From NCBI RefSeq assembly GCF_026571515.1, contig NW_026865682.1:124001-188000 (forward strand): 64,000 nucleotides of DNA, written 5' to 3'. Of the stretch, positions 36,962 through 50,559 are shown piece by piece. The DNA comes from Ruditapes philippinarum (Eukaryota). The translations under genes and the position numbers were made by a program. The stretch's first letter is position 1. Every line of letters begins with the position of its first letter. The notes below the pieces were generated by a model, which was not told the DNA's origin, searched no databases, and was given only the letters and a program-made list of their open reading frames with translations.

Positions 36962-38740
36962 TATAGCGACACCTATAGATAAAACACATAGTTCTGACAT
37001 TTCAAGTTTGTCTTACCTTAAAGGATTAAAATTGGCACATCCAGTAACGCATGATAAAGAGTTCTCTATTTCTTTACTACTCGGAGCCGACTTTTAGTGG
37101 GATATTGTTGAGGACGAGATTATACGTGGCACAGGGCCTTCTGCCGTAAAGTCGAAAATCGGATACTTTCTGGTTGGACCGATCAATTCAAGTAAAAGTA
37201 GCAGAACAGATTTTAATCGTGATGGTGTCTCACAGACCACAGGACATATCGATAGAACGCTTCTGGAGTCTAGAAAATCTAGGAATTACACCAAATGACA
37301 CAGACCGGAAGTTACAAGACGAAAGACAACAGTATCAGCTGACGTCAATTGAATTCAAAGATGGAAAGTATACTGCACGGTTAACAATGGAAAAGTGACC
37401 ACCAAGAACTAGTTAAAATTATGATATTGTCGTGAAACGCACTGAAAGTACTGTCCGAAGATTGAGCAGAGAACCCGATATGCTAAGAAAATATGGAGAT
37501 ATCATTGCAGAACAAGAGAGGCAAGGGTTCATTGAAAGAATTCAAGAGAAAGAGATACAGATGAAAAAGCCCACCCAAACATTCCACATCGCCCTATTTA
37601 GACAAATTCCTCAACTACGCCTATAAAAAATTGTATACGACTGTAGTTGCCGTAAAACGCCTCAACATACCATCCTGAATGATTGCCTACAGTCAACAGC
37701 CCCAGTCTTAAATGAACTAACCTCAATTCTGCTGAGATTTCGTCTGCATGCGTATGCTGTTACAACAGATATTGAAAAGGCGTTTTTGCAGGTGGGATTA
37801 CATACAGATGACCGAGATATGACAAGATTCTATGGCTGAAAGATCTGAATGACCCCAACAGTGACTTTTCAACTTATCATTTTAAAGTTGTGCTTTTTGA
37901 TGCAACTTGTGCACCATTCATACTCAACTTAACGATACTAAAACATTTAGACAACAATCCACATACAACGGTATCAGAAATATGTCGAGATTTATGTAGT
38001 CGATAACGTCATATCCAGTTTCAAAGAAGAAGAAGAGTGCCTTAATTACTTTAAAGAAGCACCCACCTTGATGTCCAAAGCCGGAATGAATTTGAGATCT
38101 TGGAACTCCAACAGCAAAAAAAAATTACAACAAGAAGCCAGCAAATTAAATATATTAGATACTGACGACGTCAAGAAAGTCCTAAGTCTACGTTGGGAGC
38201 CGTCAACAGATATAGTGACCTATGTGAAGAGAAATATCCATGTTTCTTCTCATGTAACAAAGAAAGTGATATTGAAATATTCATCTCAGATATACGACAC
38301 CCTTGGAATACTATGCCCAGTTACCGTCCGAGCCAAACTTCTGTTACAAGACATTCGGAAACAAAAGTACGAGTGGGATGTACCACTTCCGGAAGATATT
38401 CATCAGTCATGGTCAAGCCTAGCGAAAGACTGGAACACTGTAGCCACATTTAAATTCCCGAGAAGATATTTTTCTGACACAGCCGAAACCGGAAACGACA
38501 GACGGACAACCTTGCACATCTTCGTGGATGCAAGTATTAGATCGTATGGTGCAACGGCGTTCATTTGTAACGGAAAAGATTCAACTCTGGTGATGGCAAA
38601 CAATCGCGTGGCACCGCTCAAACCTTTAACTCTGTTCAAAGTTGAACTCATGGCGGCGCTGATTGGAGCTAGACTAGCAAAATATTTGCAGACCACATTT
38701 CCTACAGCAGACATCACACTGTGGTCCGATAGTCAAATTG

Positions 38741-38920
38741 TACTTTATTGGCTATCTACGAAAAAGACACTGAAAAGATTCATCGAGAATCGTGTAAAGG
38801 AGATATATGACCTTACGAGCCAATACGTTTATTACTTTATTGGCTATCTACGAAAAAGACACTGAAAAGATTCATCGAGAATCGTGTAAAAGAGATATAT
38901 GACCTTACGAGCCAATACGT
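38741..38920 (+). repeat. 88-bp tandem duplication inside the Pao RNase H region
   Basis: 38741-38828 and 38833-38920 differ at one base, with a TTAT spacer. The 92-bp offset shifts the frame. Confidence 0.9.
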
Positions 38921-40034
38921 ATGGAAATATTGTCCAACAAGCCAAAATCCAGCCGATTTACTGACAAGATGTATAACAGCTGACAAATTCATGAAGAACG
39001 ATCTTTGGATAAAAGGACCAATATGGTTATGTGACAAGACAAAATGGCCGATATGGGAGCTCTCAAACAGGTTAAACCTGCAGACGATAATTGAAGAGCA
39101 AGCCACCGGAAGTCAGCAAGCAGAGATAGACGAGCAAATGATATCTGAAGTTACACATAACGTACCCAATAATAACATACGTAATATTATTGACATTAAG
39201 AAATATAGCAATCTAAGTCGGTTACTTCGCGTTACAGCTTATATTCGCCGATTTATTTAAAACTGCAAGGTCGACCAGTAGAGACGAAACTTCGACCATC
39301 TCTCTACTAGTAAACTTCATCTAGCAGAACAGCGATGAATACATTATTGTCAAGCATATGTATACAGTACAGAGATACGTGAATTAGAGAGAAACCAGGT
39401 CAAAACACCATTAATAAAGCAGCTTTGATTATTTCTTGACCAGACCGGATGTATCCGCTGCGGCGGAAGACTTAACAATGCACCTGTGGATGACGTCACA
39501 AAGTACCCGTACCTCCTTCCAAAGAAGTCTAAACATACTAAATTGATAGTACGCAATGCCCATGAGTTACTCGGCCATAGTGGTTTAAATGCTACAGTTA
39601 CCAGCATTAAACGTCATTTTGGGTACCAGCGATGCGACAATGCGTAAACGCCGTAATCCGAAACTGTGTCACATGCCGTAAAGTGCACGGACTTCCATAC
39701 AAGTCACCGGAAGTCCCCTCATTGCCGAAATTTAGAGTAGAAGAAGTCCCACCCTTCAGCATTACTGAAGTAAATTTTACTGGTACAATATATATTAAAG
39801 AACCCTCTGCACACTGGCCATAGCTTTCGCAGAAGCGGTGGGTCTTCGCAGAAGCGGTGGATAAAATATGGCCGTTTGTCGTTTTCGGTAAGTATATGAC
39901 TGAATTTTGTTTTATGTTTAAATGTTTTACTGGAAACACTCAATGAGACTGGAGTCCACATATGTACTCTTTCAACCTATTACACGGGCACGGTGCAATT
40001 CATTGTCGTTTATGCAAACAATTCTGTATCGTTT

Positions 40035-40820
40035 ATCTCTTTTTGAGTGCCATATAAATTCAAAACAATTTTGTGTAATTGTTTTTATAATTTCTTCCGG
40101 TGGACTCGGAAAAACAGATATTATTAAGGTAAGTTTTGAAATAATTAAGGATTTTAAAATTGATATATTGCCAATTGTTGTTAAATGTCTTGCTCTCCAT
40201 CTATTAATGTCTGCTTTAAATTGGTTTAATTTATTCTCGTAATTGATTTTGGTTATTAAGTCACAATTTGAATGGAAAGTTATGCCTAATGTTTTTGCAC
40301 ATTCTGAGGTCCAAATTATATTTGAATATTTTTTTCTACAAAAGATTAAATCATGTTGATTTCTAAGTGAACCTATTCTGAGAACTGTACATTTTTTGTA
40401 ATTAAGTTTAAGACCAGAAATAAAGGAAAATTGTTCAAATATGTTCAAAGTTTCTTCAAAGCTGCTTGATTTACCATTTAATATTATAGTTGCATCGTCT
40501 GCAAACATGCTATTTTTAACTTCTACATCAAAAATTTTAAAACCTTCAATATTCCTATTTTGTCTTATAGCTATTGACAATAGTTCAATTGCTAGGATAA
40601 ATATATATGGAGACAATGGACATCCTTGTCGTACTCCTCTTTTTATAGAGAATGAATCAGACAAAAAACCATTGTAAAGTATGCAACTCATGGGTCTTTT
40701 GTAAATAAGTTCAATCCATGCTTTTAAATTTGGTCCAAAGTTAAAAAGATCTAATGTTTTAAATACGTATTTGTAGCTTATGCTATCGAATGCTTTTTCA
40801 AAATCAGCAAAAAATAATTT
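40035..40820 (-). mobile_element. L1/Tx1-clade LINE reverse transcriptase fragment
   Basis: One open frame: FADFEKAFDSIS..FNFGPN..WI..RGVRQGCPLSPYIFILAIELL..SMFADD..SGLKLNYKK..IWHSKRDK (includes most of track ORF 39972-40691). Confidence 0.92.
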
Positions 40821-41036
40821 TAAAAAACTTTAGAATTGCTTACTGGAAATAGTTCAAAACTACACTTATTCATTTAAATAATCTACGAAATGAATGTCCC
40901 GCGTTTACAGAGACTTTCAGATTTAAATGATGACCATTTTCTTATTAAATAATACATTTCTTTTAAATCAGATTCATACATTGATAACATACGTGCAATT
41001 TCATGTGCTATTTATTACTTTTCGCGGCCCCCAAAA

Positions 41037-41231
41037 TGTCGTAGATTTACATATTATACTTTCCCCCGCTACTTTGTACGTAAATGGCGCTTTGTGATAC
41101 GTTGACGTCTGTGCCGTCATTATTGTTTATTATAGTTGTTGTTATTGTATTGACGTAGATACTTGTAGTAAACTGAGAAAAGAAGACACAACGCTGTAGT
41201 ACTTTATACGAAATTGATGCCATATACGATA
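41037..41231 (+). repeat. 3' LTR, 195 bp
   Basis: TGTCGTA...TACGATA, preceded by TTTTCGCGGCCCCCAAAA and followed by TSD GTAAT. Confidence 0.88.
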
Positions 41232-41499
41232 GTAATTAAGGTGGCCATTTCCAAGTCCTATGAACGAAAACTGTCAGCAAAAATCTTTCCCTTTATTATA
41301 TGCATTAGATTTTCCTTCAGTTATTCAGATAGGTATTGGTTCAAGACTCAAGTACTATTATAAAAGCAATAAAAACAAACTTGAAAAGCGGTGATAACAC
41401 TTGCGTAAATTAAACTATCATAGCACTCAAAAAATTTAAAAATAAAAATTTAAAATAAATGTACAGTAACAAATAAATAGAAATATATCGATGCGGATA

Positions 41500-41812
41500 T
41501 ATGTAATAGAAAGAGCACCGAAACATGAGGCTATCTGATTTGTACGAGGGGGCGTAGCCCCCCGAGTATTAATCAGATTGCCGAGTGGTTTGGTGTTCTT
41601 TCTCTTTTGTATCATAGTCAAACATAAAAACACGTTCCCTGTTGTGACAATATGAAACCCCGGCAAAAATGAAACAATGAATGAACATCTGAATATAACA
41701 TTTCTGTCACTTTCCCATTATCTGCCGTCACAATATGTAAACCCCAGTAAAAATGAGCCAATCAATGGGCATGCTCTGGAGTGCGGGTAATTAATACCCG
41801 CACTCCAGTTAA
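41500..41812. mobile_element. Non-autonomous element fragment with GC-rich hairpins (possibly Crypton- or Helitron-related)
   Basis: Hairpin GGGGGCGTAGCCCCC at ~41548; 14-bp-stem palindrome CTGGAGTGCGGGTA-ATTAA-TACCCGCACTCCAG at 41776-41808; internal direct repeat (T.ACAATATG..AAACCCC.G.AAAAATGA) at ~41645 and ~41727. Confidence 0.4.
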
Positions 41813-42529
41813 CGAACTGTGCATGTATATGTATACTATTTAACCCTGACACATTTTCAACAGAAAGTCTCCAAACTATGATACAATTAACACTTATACA
41901 TTTGTAAATGATAGAAATAACAGCAGGTCATGTAGAAAGTTTACAAATACATTAAGCAAACGTGTAAAACATATGACAAGCACGCATCTTTTAAGAGGTA
42001 TGTAGTAAACATTGAATCAAACTTTCTTGGACTACCCTTTACTTTTCTAATGTTTGAGGTTTACTTTTAGTTTCCCCTTGAATCATTCCTGACAAGACAG
42101 CTAACAAATGTTGGTGTTTGTTCTTTCTTGAAAAGAAAACGATAAATATCTTTCTCTAAATTTCCCTTATGATAAATTTATTGCTTTCTTAGTAATGAAA
42201 TACATTGCCATGTAGCATGTTGTACTACAGAACGTTTTGCATTTAAAAAAAGAACCACTTCAATTTTCAAGAGAATGTGTTCTTTGATAAATTTATTAAT
42301 CGTGTTACAGTGTTGATTACTTTTGAAACCCATTTTGTGTACAGTAGTTTTAAATTTCTACAGAATGACACACTTGAATGAAATAAAAAGAAAAGGAAGA
42401 AAAAAGCAAGCAAATTGCGTTTTAGTTGCGGTTTAATTGAATGAATGATGTTTTAAAGAGCTTAATGTATTATAACAAATGAGTATAGTAATAACATGTT
42501 TTTATTAACAAAATGAATAACTTGGAAAT

Positions 42530-45500
42530 TATTAACTGTCAATTTACATCAAGTCACTACATTGAGTCAAGTAGTTTCAAAAGACATTGTCCATTACTTT
42601 TTAAATGAGTTATATTATCTTAAAAAGGAAAACACATTTGATTTTGGATAAAGAAATCGCTTCTTGACCGTGTTTCTGAATGTAAAATCAGCATGCCTCC
42701 TGATTCATGATGACTTTTATGACAATTTTGAAAATGTATTAATAAAAGTTAAATTTTTCAAGTGACTACTTTTTTATTTCAACAGCATTTGTAATCCACG
42801 TAAACTATCAAAATAAGAACAAATGTGCAAAAGTAGCCCCTATAGAAATTTGATTACAAATACAGTAAGATCAGCCTTCAATCGAACATAACATGTTAAT
42901 TATTGCTTGGATCTTAACTCTACAACTTCCATACTATGCAGAATAATTTTATGATAACAGCAAGTCTACTTTATTTACACATAAAATATCTGTAAAACAT
43001 GTTTGCATGTATATGGAAACAAGATGTATATTCCTACTTTAAACTAAACATAAAGTACTTACAAGATAAAAATTGTTGAATTTTTTGTAATATGGCATAA
43101 GGATGCGCTTGAAATTACATGTTCGATAGATAAAGAATACGGTGACTACTTTCATATTGATGCGTTAGCGATAAGTGTTCCACATTGTAAGAGAACTGCC
43201 TTTTGGGAAAGCACACAACACGTCATAACAACGATCTTACTTAGCTATTAATGTAGACATATAATAAAAAAAGTCTCTGCAGTCTCGTCAAATTTTATTT
43301 AACACTTTTTTACTTTCAACTCTTTGTAAGATACTTTAAGTTATTGAAAATGTAAAAGGTTTCTTAGCATCATTTACATTTCCAATAATAAAGAAATATT
43401 ACAATTGATGTACTCCTTTATCATCATCTACCCCATGTGACCACTACAAGGCAAAAAATACTGTCCGGGTTGACAATTTAACGAGCCGTCTTAAAATGAA
43501 AAAAAAAAAAAAAAAAAAAAAAAACAAAGATACAGTTTAATGTTTTTCATTAATTTATATTTCTTTTGTTCCCTTGTTTTTGTTTGTTTGTTGTTTGTAA
43601 TCATTTTTGAAATTGAAAAGTAACATTGAAATCCTTAACGTTACAACTCGTTCCAAATAAACAAAGACAAGACACAAATTTGAATAAATAAATTGTCTGC
43701 TCTATACTAAATGGCATTCACAATAAAGGAATGTGTTAAAATATGTTAAACAGGTTAGCTACGATGTATTTTCTTGAAGACCAAATGTCTTCTGCCTATC
43801 GCTTATAACAGCGTGTTTCCTTGTACTCTTATACCATTACTTGTTTAAAGTTTTTTAGCATAAATTATAAGACCCAATTGATATAAACAAAATATCTGAC
43901 AGATCTTAACTGCCTTTGACATTGACATACACATGCACTTCTTATGCGTAGAAGATCAAATTGAGAAGTTATGTAACAATTTAAATCTCCGATGTTGTTA
44001 GGTAAAAATGTGATACTAAACAACAAAACAACTGACTACATTTCTTAATTATTTGCCATTTCCACATACTTATACAAAATAAACAAATAGGTCAATTCGA
44101 CAAAATATTTCAGCGGTTGTCTAATGAAGGTTACCATAAGACGTCATAGGAAATCAGAACTGGTTAGTTTCAGAATATTTAAAATACTATTTATTAGCTG
44201 TTTATTTCGTTCACAACCGAGTGAAGATGAAAGTTTTATTTGATAAACTAACATATTATATATAAGGTTTTTATAAATGTTGTAACTATGTCTCGTAATA
44301 TTGTCATTTGTTGTTGTTAGTGTGCAACAACTAAGAAGAAATATATAGGATGCCAAACAATTATTCAACATCATTTTAAAGAAATCATAAATAATTTAGC
44401 CTTGGTATCGGAATGATGAAATGCGGTGTATAACACAAATAAAGGATAACTTTACTTTAATCTACTTAAAAGGAATGCTATACATGATTTATGACTTGTT
44501 CATGGCTTATTTTTAGATATCTTAAAATCTTAAAAAGTTTTCAAGTAAGTGCCATTCATTATTAACTCTGATTTTCAAACATAAATGTGTACGTCATGTA
44601 TAAAACGTGTATAGGCCTTCAGAAACTTCATATTCAGATCTAAACCCTATTATATCATTAGAGCATAATAGCTTAATTAGCAATAAAATCTGCTGTCAAT
44701 ATTCTCTAAAAAATACATTCAAAGCATCAAAGATCACAAATCAAAGATTAAACATAAGAAATAATGATTAGTGGAATCAATTCAGACAGCTACATGGCGC
44801 CTTTTATCACACTTAGTATTAATAATTCTAAACCTATTAAAAGTTAATGTTCTATTTTTTGCAAAAAGGGGATTACAACAGATAAAAAAACATGTTACAC
44901 TTAAAAAGTGTAATGCGAACCTTGCCTATGAAAACAGATGAACAAATAGCTTCTTGATTGCCAATATCACAATAACACTTCTACCATCTATGAACACATT
45001 AAAACATTTAAAGCATTCAAACAATATAGATTTGTTATGCGATAAAATGTGTTAAAACGTGAACGAAATCCACTCCCCAATCCCTCTCACAATCCCATTC
45101 TCCCAAAAAGCAATTTTCAACTGGTTTGGAATAATACTCAAAAGGTCAGTAAGAACTAAACAGTACGGTACAGCTGTATACAACACTGTCATTGTTATTT
45201 ACAAGAAAGTGTTTGTCATTAGTAATGTGTCAACTTGTATGCACTGATATTTTTATGATAACATTATGTGGCCTTATATTTCTCCGGCGGTAATTAAACA
45301 ATTAATGACCCCTGGATATGCGTTAATATTTTTATAATATGAAAAATATTTATATAATTGTGTTTGTTATTATGAATAAATATATTGACATATTCAGTTT
45401 ATGAGTTTAACTAGTCATATATAATATATATTTTATGAAACTTGCCTATACTCGCCTTACAACAAATATCAACCATCATTAAAAGTATTTTGTTTTAAAA

Positions 45501-47850
45501 TGAAGGTTAAAGCTTTGTTCATTTCTTTCTGTACATTCTAGTGATATTTGATATTTTACGAAGTCTCAGTAGGTATAAATGATATGCTTTTCGTGTTCAC
45601 GATAAAGGTTTATTATCATTTTACAGAGCGTAGAGTGCTTATAAAACCGATTTTATGAACGGAAGTTTTAAATATCTTTATAATTATACATAAATCGTGA
45701 CTGAGGAAACAACAAACGCAAACTTAGATGTGGTTTAATTAAAGAATGAATAACGTTTCAAAAAGTTCAAAGGTGTTGAAGACCAGCAGCGACGTGTTGC
45801 TATATAATAAGAATGACATTGGCAATTAAGTTAAGTGTTCTTAACAAAATGAATCATTAGTTGTGCTTACTGACAATTCTCATCAAACAGCTATAATGGT
45901 TCAACTAATTTAAACCGACTTTGATCTAAATGAGTACAAAGACCATCATGTTGTAAAAAGACACCATGGTTTTTTAACATGTTCAATACAATGTATGGAA
46001 GAATAAACTAGACATTACAGCACAATGCTTATATTTGAAACATGACTAATATTTCCTTTCCTTATACAATAAAGTGACATATTCCTTTTGTTGACGCAAT
46101 TCCTGTGAAACAAACACTTTTAAATCCGATGCAATTATTACACAGCTTTTTTAAGGAGGAGAACCTTGTTTCATTACCACTCCCCGAGTAGTTGCAATCT
46201 ACAGAGGTCTATTACGTAACTATTTTGGTTTACAGAAAGAACTTTGCAATTGAAGACTATAGATAGGATCGCATTATTGCTAATGATAACATTATTGCGT
46301 GATATATTCCTTGTAGATAATTTGTCGCTGCTGTCTTTTGTGAAGATAAGAAATGTAAGATTTTGTCACTTAGTATGATATCACAGTATGATTGTTAGGA
46401 GATAATAAACAAAATGAGTCATAAGATTCTTAGTCTTATTAGATTATTTACATTTTATTATAAGTAACTCTAATAAAAGGAATTTAGTTACAGATTACAA
46501 ATGGTACAACATGTTTGCATTTTTGATACATAATGTTTGAAACAGATTATAATAAAACTTTAAAGGACTAATCTCAAGATTCGACATTTAGTCTTTTACA
46601 TTTAAATTCACCAATTAATTAGTTCATAAGATTTATTTTAATATTTCCTGAGATATCATATCTATTTATTCATAGATCATTTATCACCTAATTCTTACAA
46701 AATTTCGTTCATACAATTGTAATTTACGATGTGTACAAATAAAATGTCATCTGTTCAAATTGAATTTTAAATTATGAAGTTGTTCTTTTTAATCCGTAGT
46801 AAAGGATTTATCCAGATAATGTTCAGATTTCCTATAATTCATGAGATTCAGCGGTAAATTAATACACAGTATTTGAAATGTCATATCTACTTCTTCTTTG
46901 ACTACTATGTGAATAATTCAACTTAAAATCAATATTGTTGTTTTGTACAAGCACAATATGGTATCCTTGTAAGTATAAAGAATATAATGACAAAAGGTCT
47001 ATATAAGTTAAACAAAGCATAGCTCAAAAACTAAACAACGCTGATGGTACAATGTTAATTATTTGGTTTTTAAGGATATCTTATTCTTTAAATAACGTTT
47101 CAATTCCAGGTTAATAGGATACCATGTGCTTTTATTTTGAGTAATGCATTGATGCAAGTAAAAGTAATGGTGAAGACAGTTTAATGATGGAAAATATAAA
47201 TCTACACTTTATAAAATAGTACTTTAATCAAAGACTTTTATATTATCGAAAGTAAATATTAAATCGTATAATTTAAAGTGAATTCTTATATTGTTACAAT
47301 AATACGTTCAAAATAATCATAACAGTCATTACCGGAAATATATCATCAATACTGGTCATAGTTTCTTCTCCTACTAACCAAACCTTAGATACAATTTCAG
47401 TTTGCAATTGTACGTTCGGGGAGGAAAATTATCACGAAAGTACTGATACATTTCTGGTATTTCACTGCCTCATAGACATTTTATTCAAACGAGATAGATC
47501 CGAAACATTAAACCATTTTTCATAATGGCATCCGATCACAAAAACATTTCACATGAAACCAGTTTCATAATAGTATCAAATAAATCTGACATCTTTACCC
47601 CCCAGCAGATCCATTCAATTACAAATAGGCAATTTACGTGATTGTTTCCGTTTAGAAAACCTCAATTACAGCCAATATTGACTGACAAGCAGTTAACAGA
47701 ATGTGGCATTATTGCTAAAGCAATGCGTCTATTTTTGTAATATTTGTGTCTGTACCGATTATCAGTAAAACAGATTTGTACGTATATAATATAGTCGATC
47801 TACAAGAGAGGGTATCTTTATTTTTAAATCACAAAATACAATATGTACAG
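42530..47850 (+). repeat. Duplicated blocks a1 (42530-44460) and b1 (45430-47850)
   Basis: a1 is colinear with 57530-59740; b1 is colinear with 54730-56730 and 59855-60700 (e.g. AAAACCGATTTTATGAACGGA at ~45643, ~54947 and ~60162). Confidence 0.9.
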
Positions 47851-49479
47851 CTTTTTGTATTACAAAATGAAATGAAGAGCTTGCTTTTCAAAGCATTATG
47901 CCTTTTCTTAAAAAATATTATTTTATTCTTATATGACTTATTTTTACACATTCATTCAATTAGAGATTTTATATTTTTGATCGGCACAACATTTTGTATG
48001 TTTATGGTAATTCCTTCTAGTATTTGGCTTTTTCTGGTTTGGTGATTTCAATACTCCTACTTGAATAAAGAATAGTCATCCCTCGATTATGTTGCCTGCT
48101 TTTCAACTTTTTTATTTTGATATGCATGCTTCATAACCTCTGATTCATTTCAAAATGTTATTTTCGTTAGTTTCACACATTGTTTTTATTTTCAGGGCAA
48201 ACGTATTTCTTTTATATGCTGATTGTCATGAATTGACACTAACGTCATGATATACATACGAGTACATCTGCTGATGTTTCCAATTTTTAAATTTTACCAT
48301 TTCAAGGTAAATCTTGAATACTAAATGTAGCGTGTGCTTGGAGTTGTGGACGGACGGTTGCATTTTCCAGTACCGTCCATTCACAGATATATACAAATCG
48401 AGCCTTCAACAGCTTCATTTTTAGGCGTAAGGGTGTTCTGTACTTTTTTGTTATTTCTCTATATTTTACTTTATTCTTGCGTAACAACTGCGCATACGGA
48501 TATACATTAACATACAAGAAAACACGCATAAACATAGATTTTTGGATTACGCGCCTTTCATGCACGTCTTTTAATATGCATGACTCAGGGCGCACTGTGC
48601 AATATCTAAATGCAATGACGGCCCGGTAGTTTTACTTTTGTCAAAACAGAATGGTTACCGTAAAATAACATCTCACTCGCATGTAGAACGCATGTACAAA
48701 CAGCGGTTCTGTTAATATACAAAATATGATAGCGAAACGCAAACTATCGATTTTGTCGAATTCTTTTATGCAATAATACTGCTAATGGAACTTTTTGTGC
48801 ATTGACTTCTGCAGTAGACCACGCAACAGTTGATACAACCATCAAGAGTTTTTTCTCCATTATTCCGTTTTTCATAGGTATCTTTGCTTTGTCTTACAGA
48901 CGGCGTTCTAAATTGTCAAATCAGTATCCATGTACAGACTCAATCAAACCGAGTATGCAGTGTCCATGTTATTTAGCTGTTTTAAATCTTTCCAAGTGAT
49001 CACTTTTTTCCCCAGATATTCAGAATACTCAGGGTTTTTCTTTGATTAAAACTATGTTACGTTTTTTGAAACAACAATTCTTTAGTGTTACTTTTATATA
49101 TGAAGATCTAAAAATAACCGTAATCGGCAAACCCTACACTGATATATATGTATATATCCTGGTGTACTGCGACTCATTTTCCACTCCCTTTGTTATACGT
49201 TCTTTTGTCCAGGAAAATTTGTTAGAACCATTCTTTTCTGAATAAAATGAAAAGGGCAATTGATATTCATAATTTACCTCTTGTTAATTATATCGAATTT
49301 GTACTTTATACTTTTAGACGTTGTTTTTATTATTTAAATTGATGATATAAAAGAAATCTCATGAGAAAAATGTTAAAGGGTAAAATATTGCATATATTTA
49401 TACTTGTTATTATATATATTTATTTCTTTGATCATAGACAACTTTTTAATTAAATAGAAATAATAAGTCCCTTTGAGTT

Positions 49480-49654
49480 TCACAAAAGTACACTATTTAA
49501 TCTTATGGTAATCTTATTCTTCATGTCTTGTTCTTTCAGCAATACAAAGAGCACACTGACCTTCGGATAGTGAATAATAGAACTAATTTGCCTGATTGTC
49601 GACGACAAAAACAAACATGATACTCCCATTGTGACAATTTATGCCTGCTGGATT
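49480..49654 (-). pseudogene. Possible relic 5' coding exon of a 7TM-family gene (or a short ORF)
   Basis: TTTCAG acceptor at 49655-60, ATG at 49629: MGVSCLFLSSTIRQISSIIHYPKVSVLFVLLKEQDMKNKITIRLNSVLL*. The paralog at 62029 keeps both acceptor and ATG. Confidence 0.3.
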
Positions 49655-50559
49655 CTGAAATAAACAGTCTGTAAAATATAACCATATTACTACAGCTTGT
49701 CACATTCTATTCTCTTTATAAACATTTATGTTTGAACAATGATGGAACAGAAACATGTGTTTTGCTTAATTGCCTGATAATTGTTTGTGTTAGATGAAAT
49801 AATCGTGAGAAAACAACTGTTTGCTCTCAAAGACGTGCACGGCACTATCATTTTATAATCTTGCAAACGAGAATAGTGTCTCTTTTTTATGTCAATGAGA
49901 TATATGATAGTGTATAATTAAACATTTCATTATCATTACCCTAAAACAGAGCATCATTTGAAATGAACCTTTATGTACTTTTAGTAATGCATAGTTTAAT
50001 TATTTCAGTTCGATAAGTTTTTTTAAACTATTACAATGTAATACACCATTACTAAACATGAGAGTTACAGGTGTTAAAGTGTAGGCCATTTGATATTTTC
50101 TGAGAAACGTTACATTATTACATATAATTTCGAGAAATTTCTGATAAAAACATTACGTGCATGTTTGACATTTTTCCAGAATTTTTAAATTTCTCCGTTG
50201 TATTTTCTTGTCTCCAACACGAAAACCTTGATACGTGAAGCTTTTTTTTTCTGATGTGCAGTTTTCAATTGAAATAAACAAACTACATCTGATTGTAACG
50301 ATTAATTTAATTGCTGATCAAGTTCAAGGTCAATTCAATGCAGTCTAAATATCAACAGCTAAGCGTATACACCATCTCAGTAGGGGCGGAGCGTTGAATT
50401 GTTTTATCATATTATTGGATAATGCACGTCACGCGTATACTTATCTTCATTTACATACGCTAAAACGGTTTGGCAAATAGAGTTTTTCACACATTTATAT
50501 ATTGTGTTTTTATTGTTGAAACTTGTGACATTACGAGGCGGCGTTCTCTAAAAACACAA

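Larger units (their letters stand above)
36341..39805 (+). pseudogene. BEL/Pao gag-pol pseudogene (protease, RT, RNase H, partial integrase)
   Basis: VLLKTA..ATILFDEGAKRSFIT (protease, ~36480-36580), IVYDCS, LNDCL..LLRFR..DIEKAFLQVGL..DDRDMTRF (RT), LHIFVDAS..YGA..NRVAPLK..VELMAALIGARL..WSDSQIVL (RNase H, ORF 38068-38865), HELLGH...CVTC (integrase zinc finger). Many stops and frameshifts. Confidence 0.92.
36238..41231 (+). mobile_element. Decayed BEL/Pao LTR retrotransposon with nested insertions
   Basis: LTRs start TGTCGTAGATTTACA at 36238 and 41037. The 3' LTR ends TACGATA at 41231 (inverse of TGTCGTA with one change). 5-bp TSD GTAAT at 36233-37 and 41232-36. Domain order gag knuckle-protease-RT-RNaseH-integrase. 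Confidence 0.92.

Noticed and set aside
43130-43480. Receptor-like words on the minus strand of block a1 (IAK*DRCY..., VVTVFFIYRTC)
   Set aside because: Not retained in the same form in paralogous block a3; too weak to call.
47746-48045. Hydrophobic 99-aa ORF (also 54376-54627 and 53700-53972)
   Set aside because: The hydrophobicity follows from T-rich composition; for 47746-48045 the frame is not preserved in the paralogous b2 block; no motifs.
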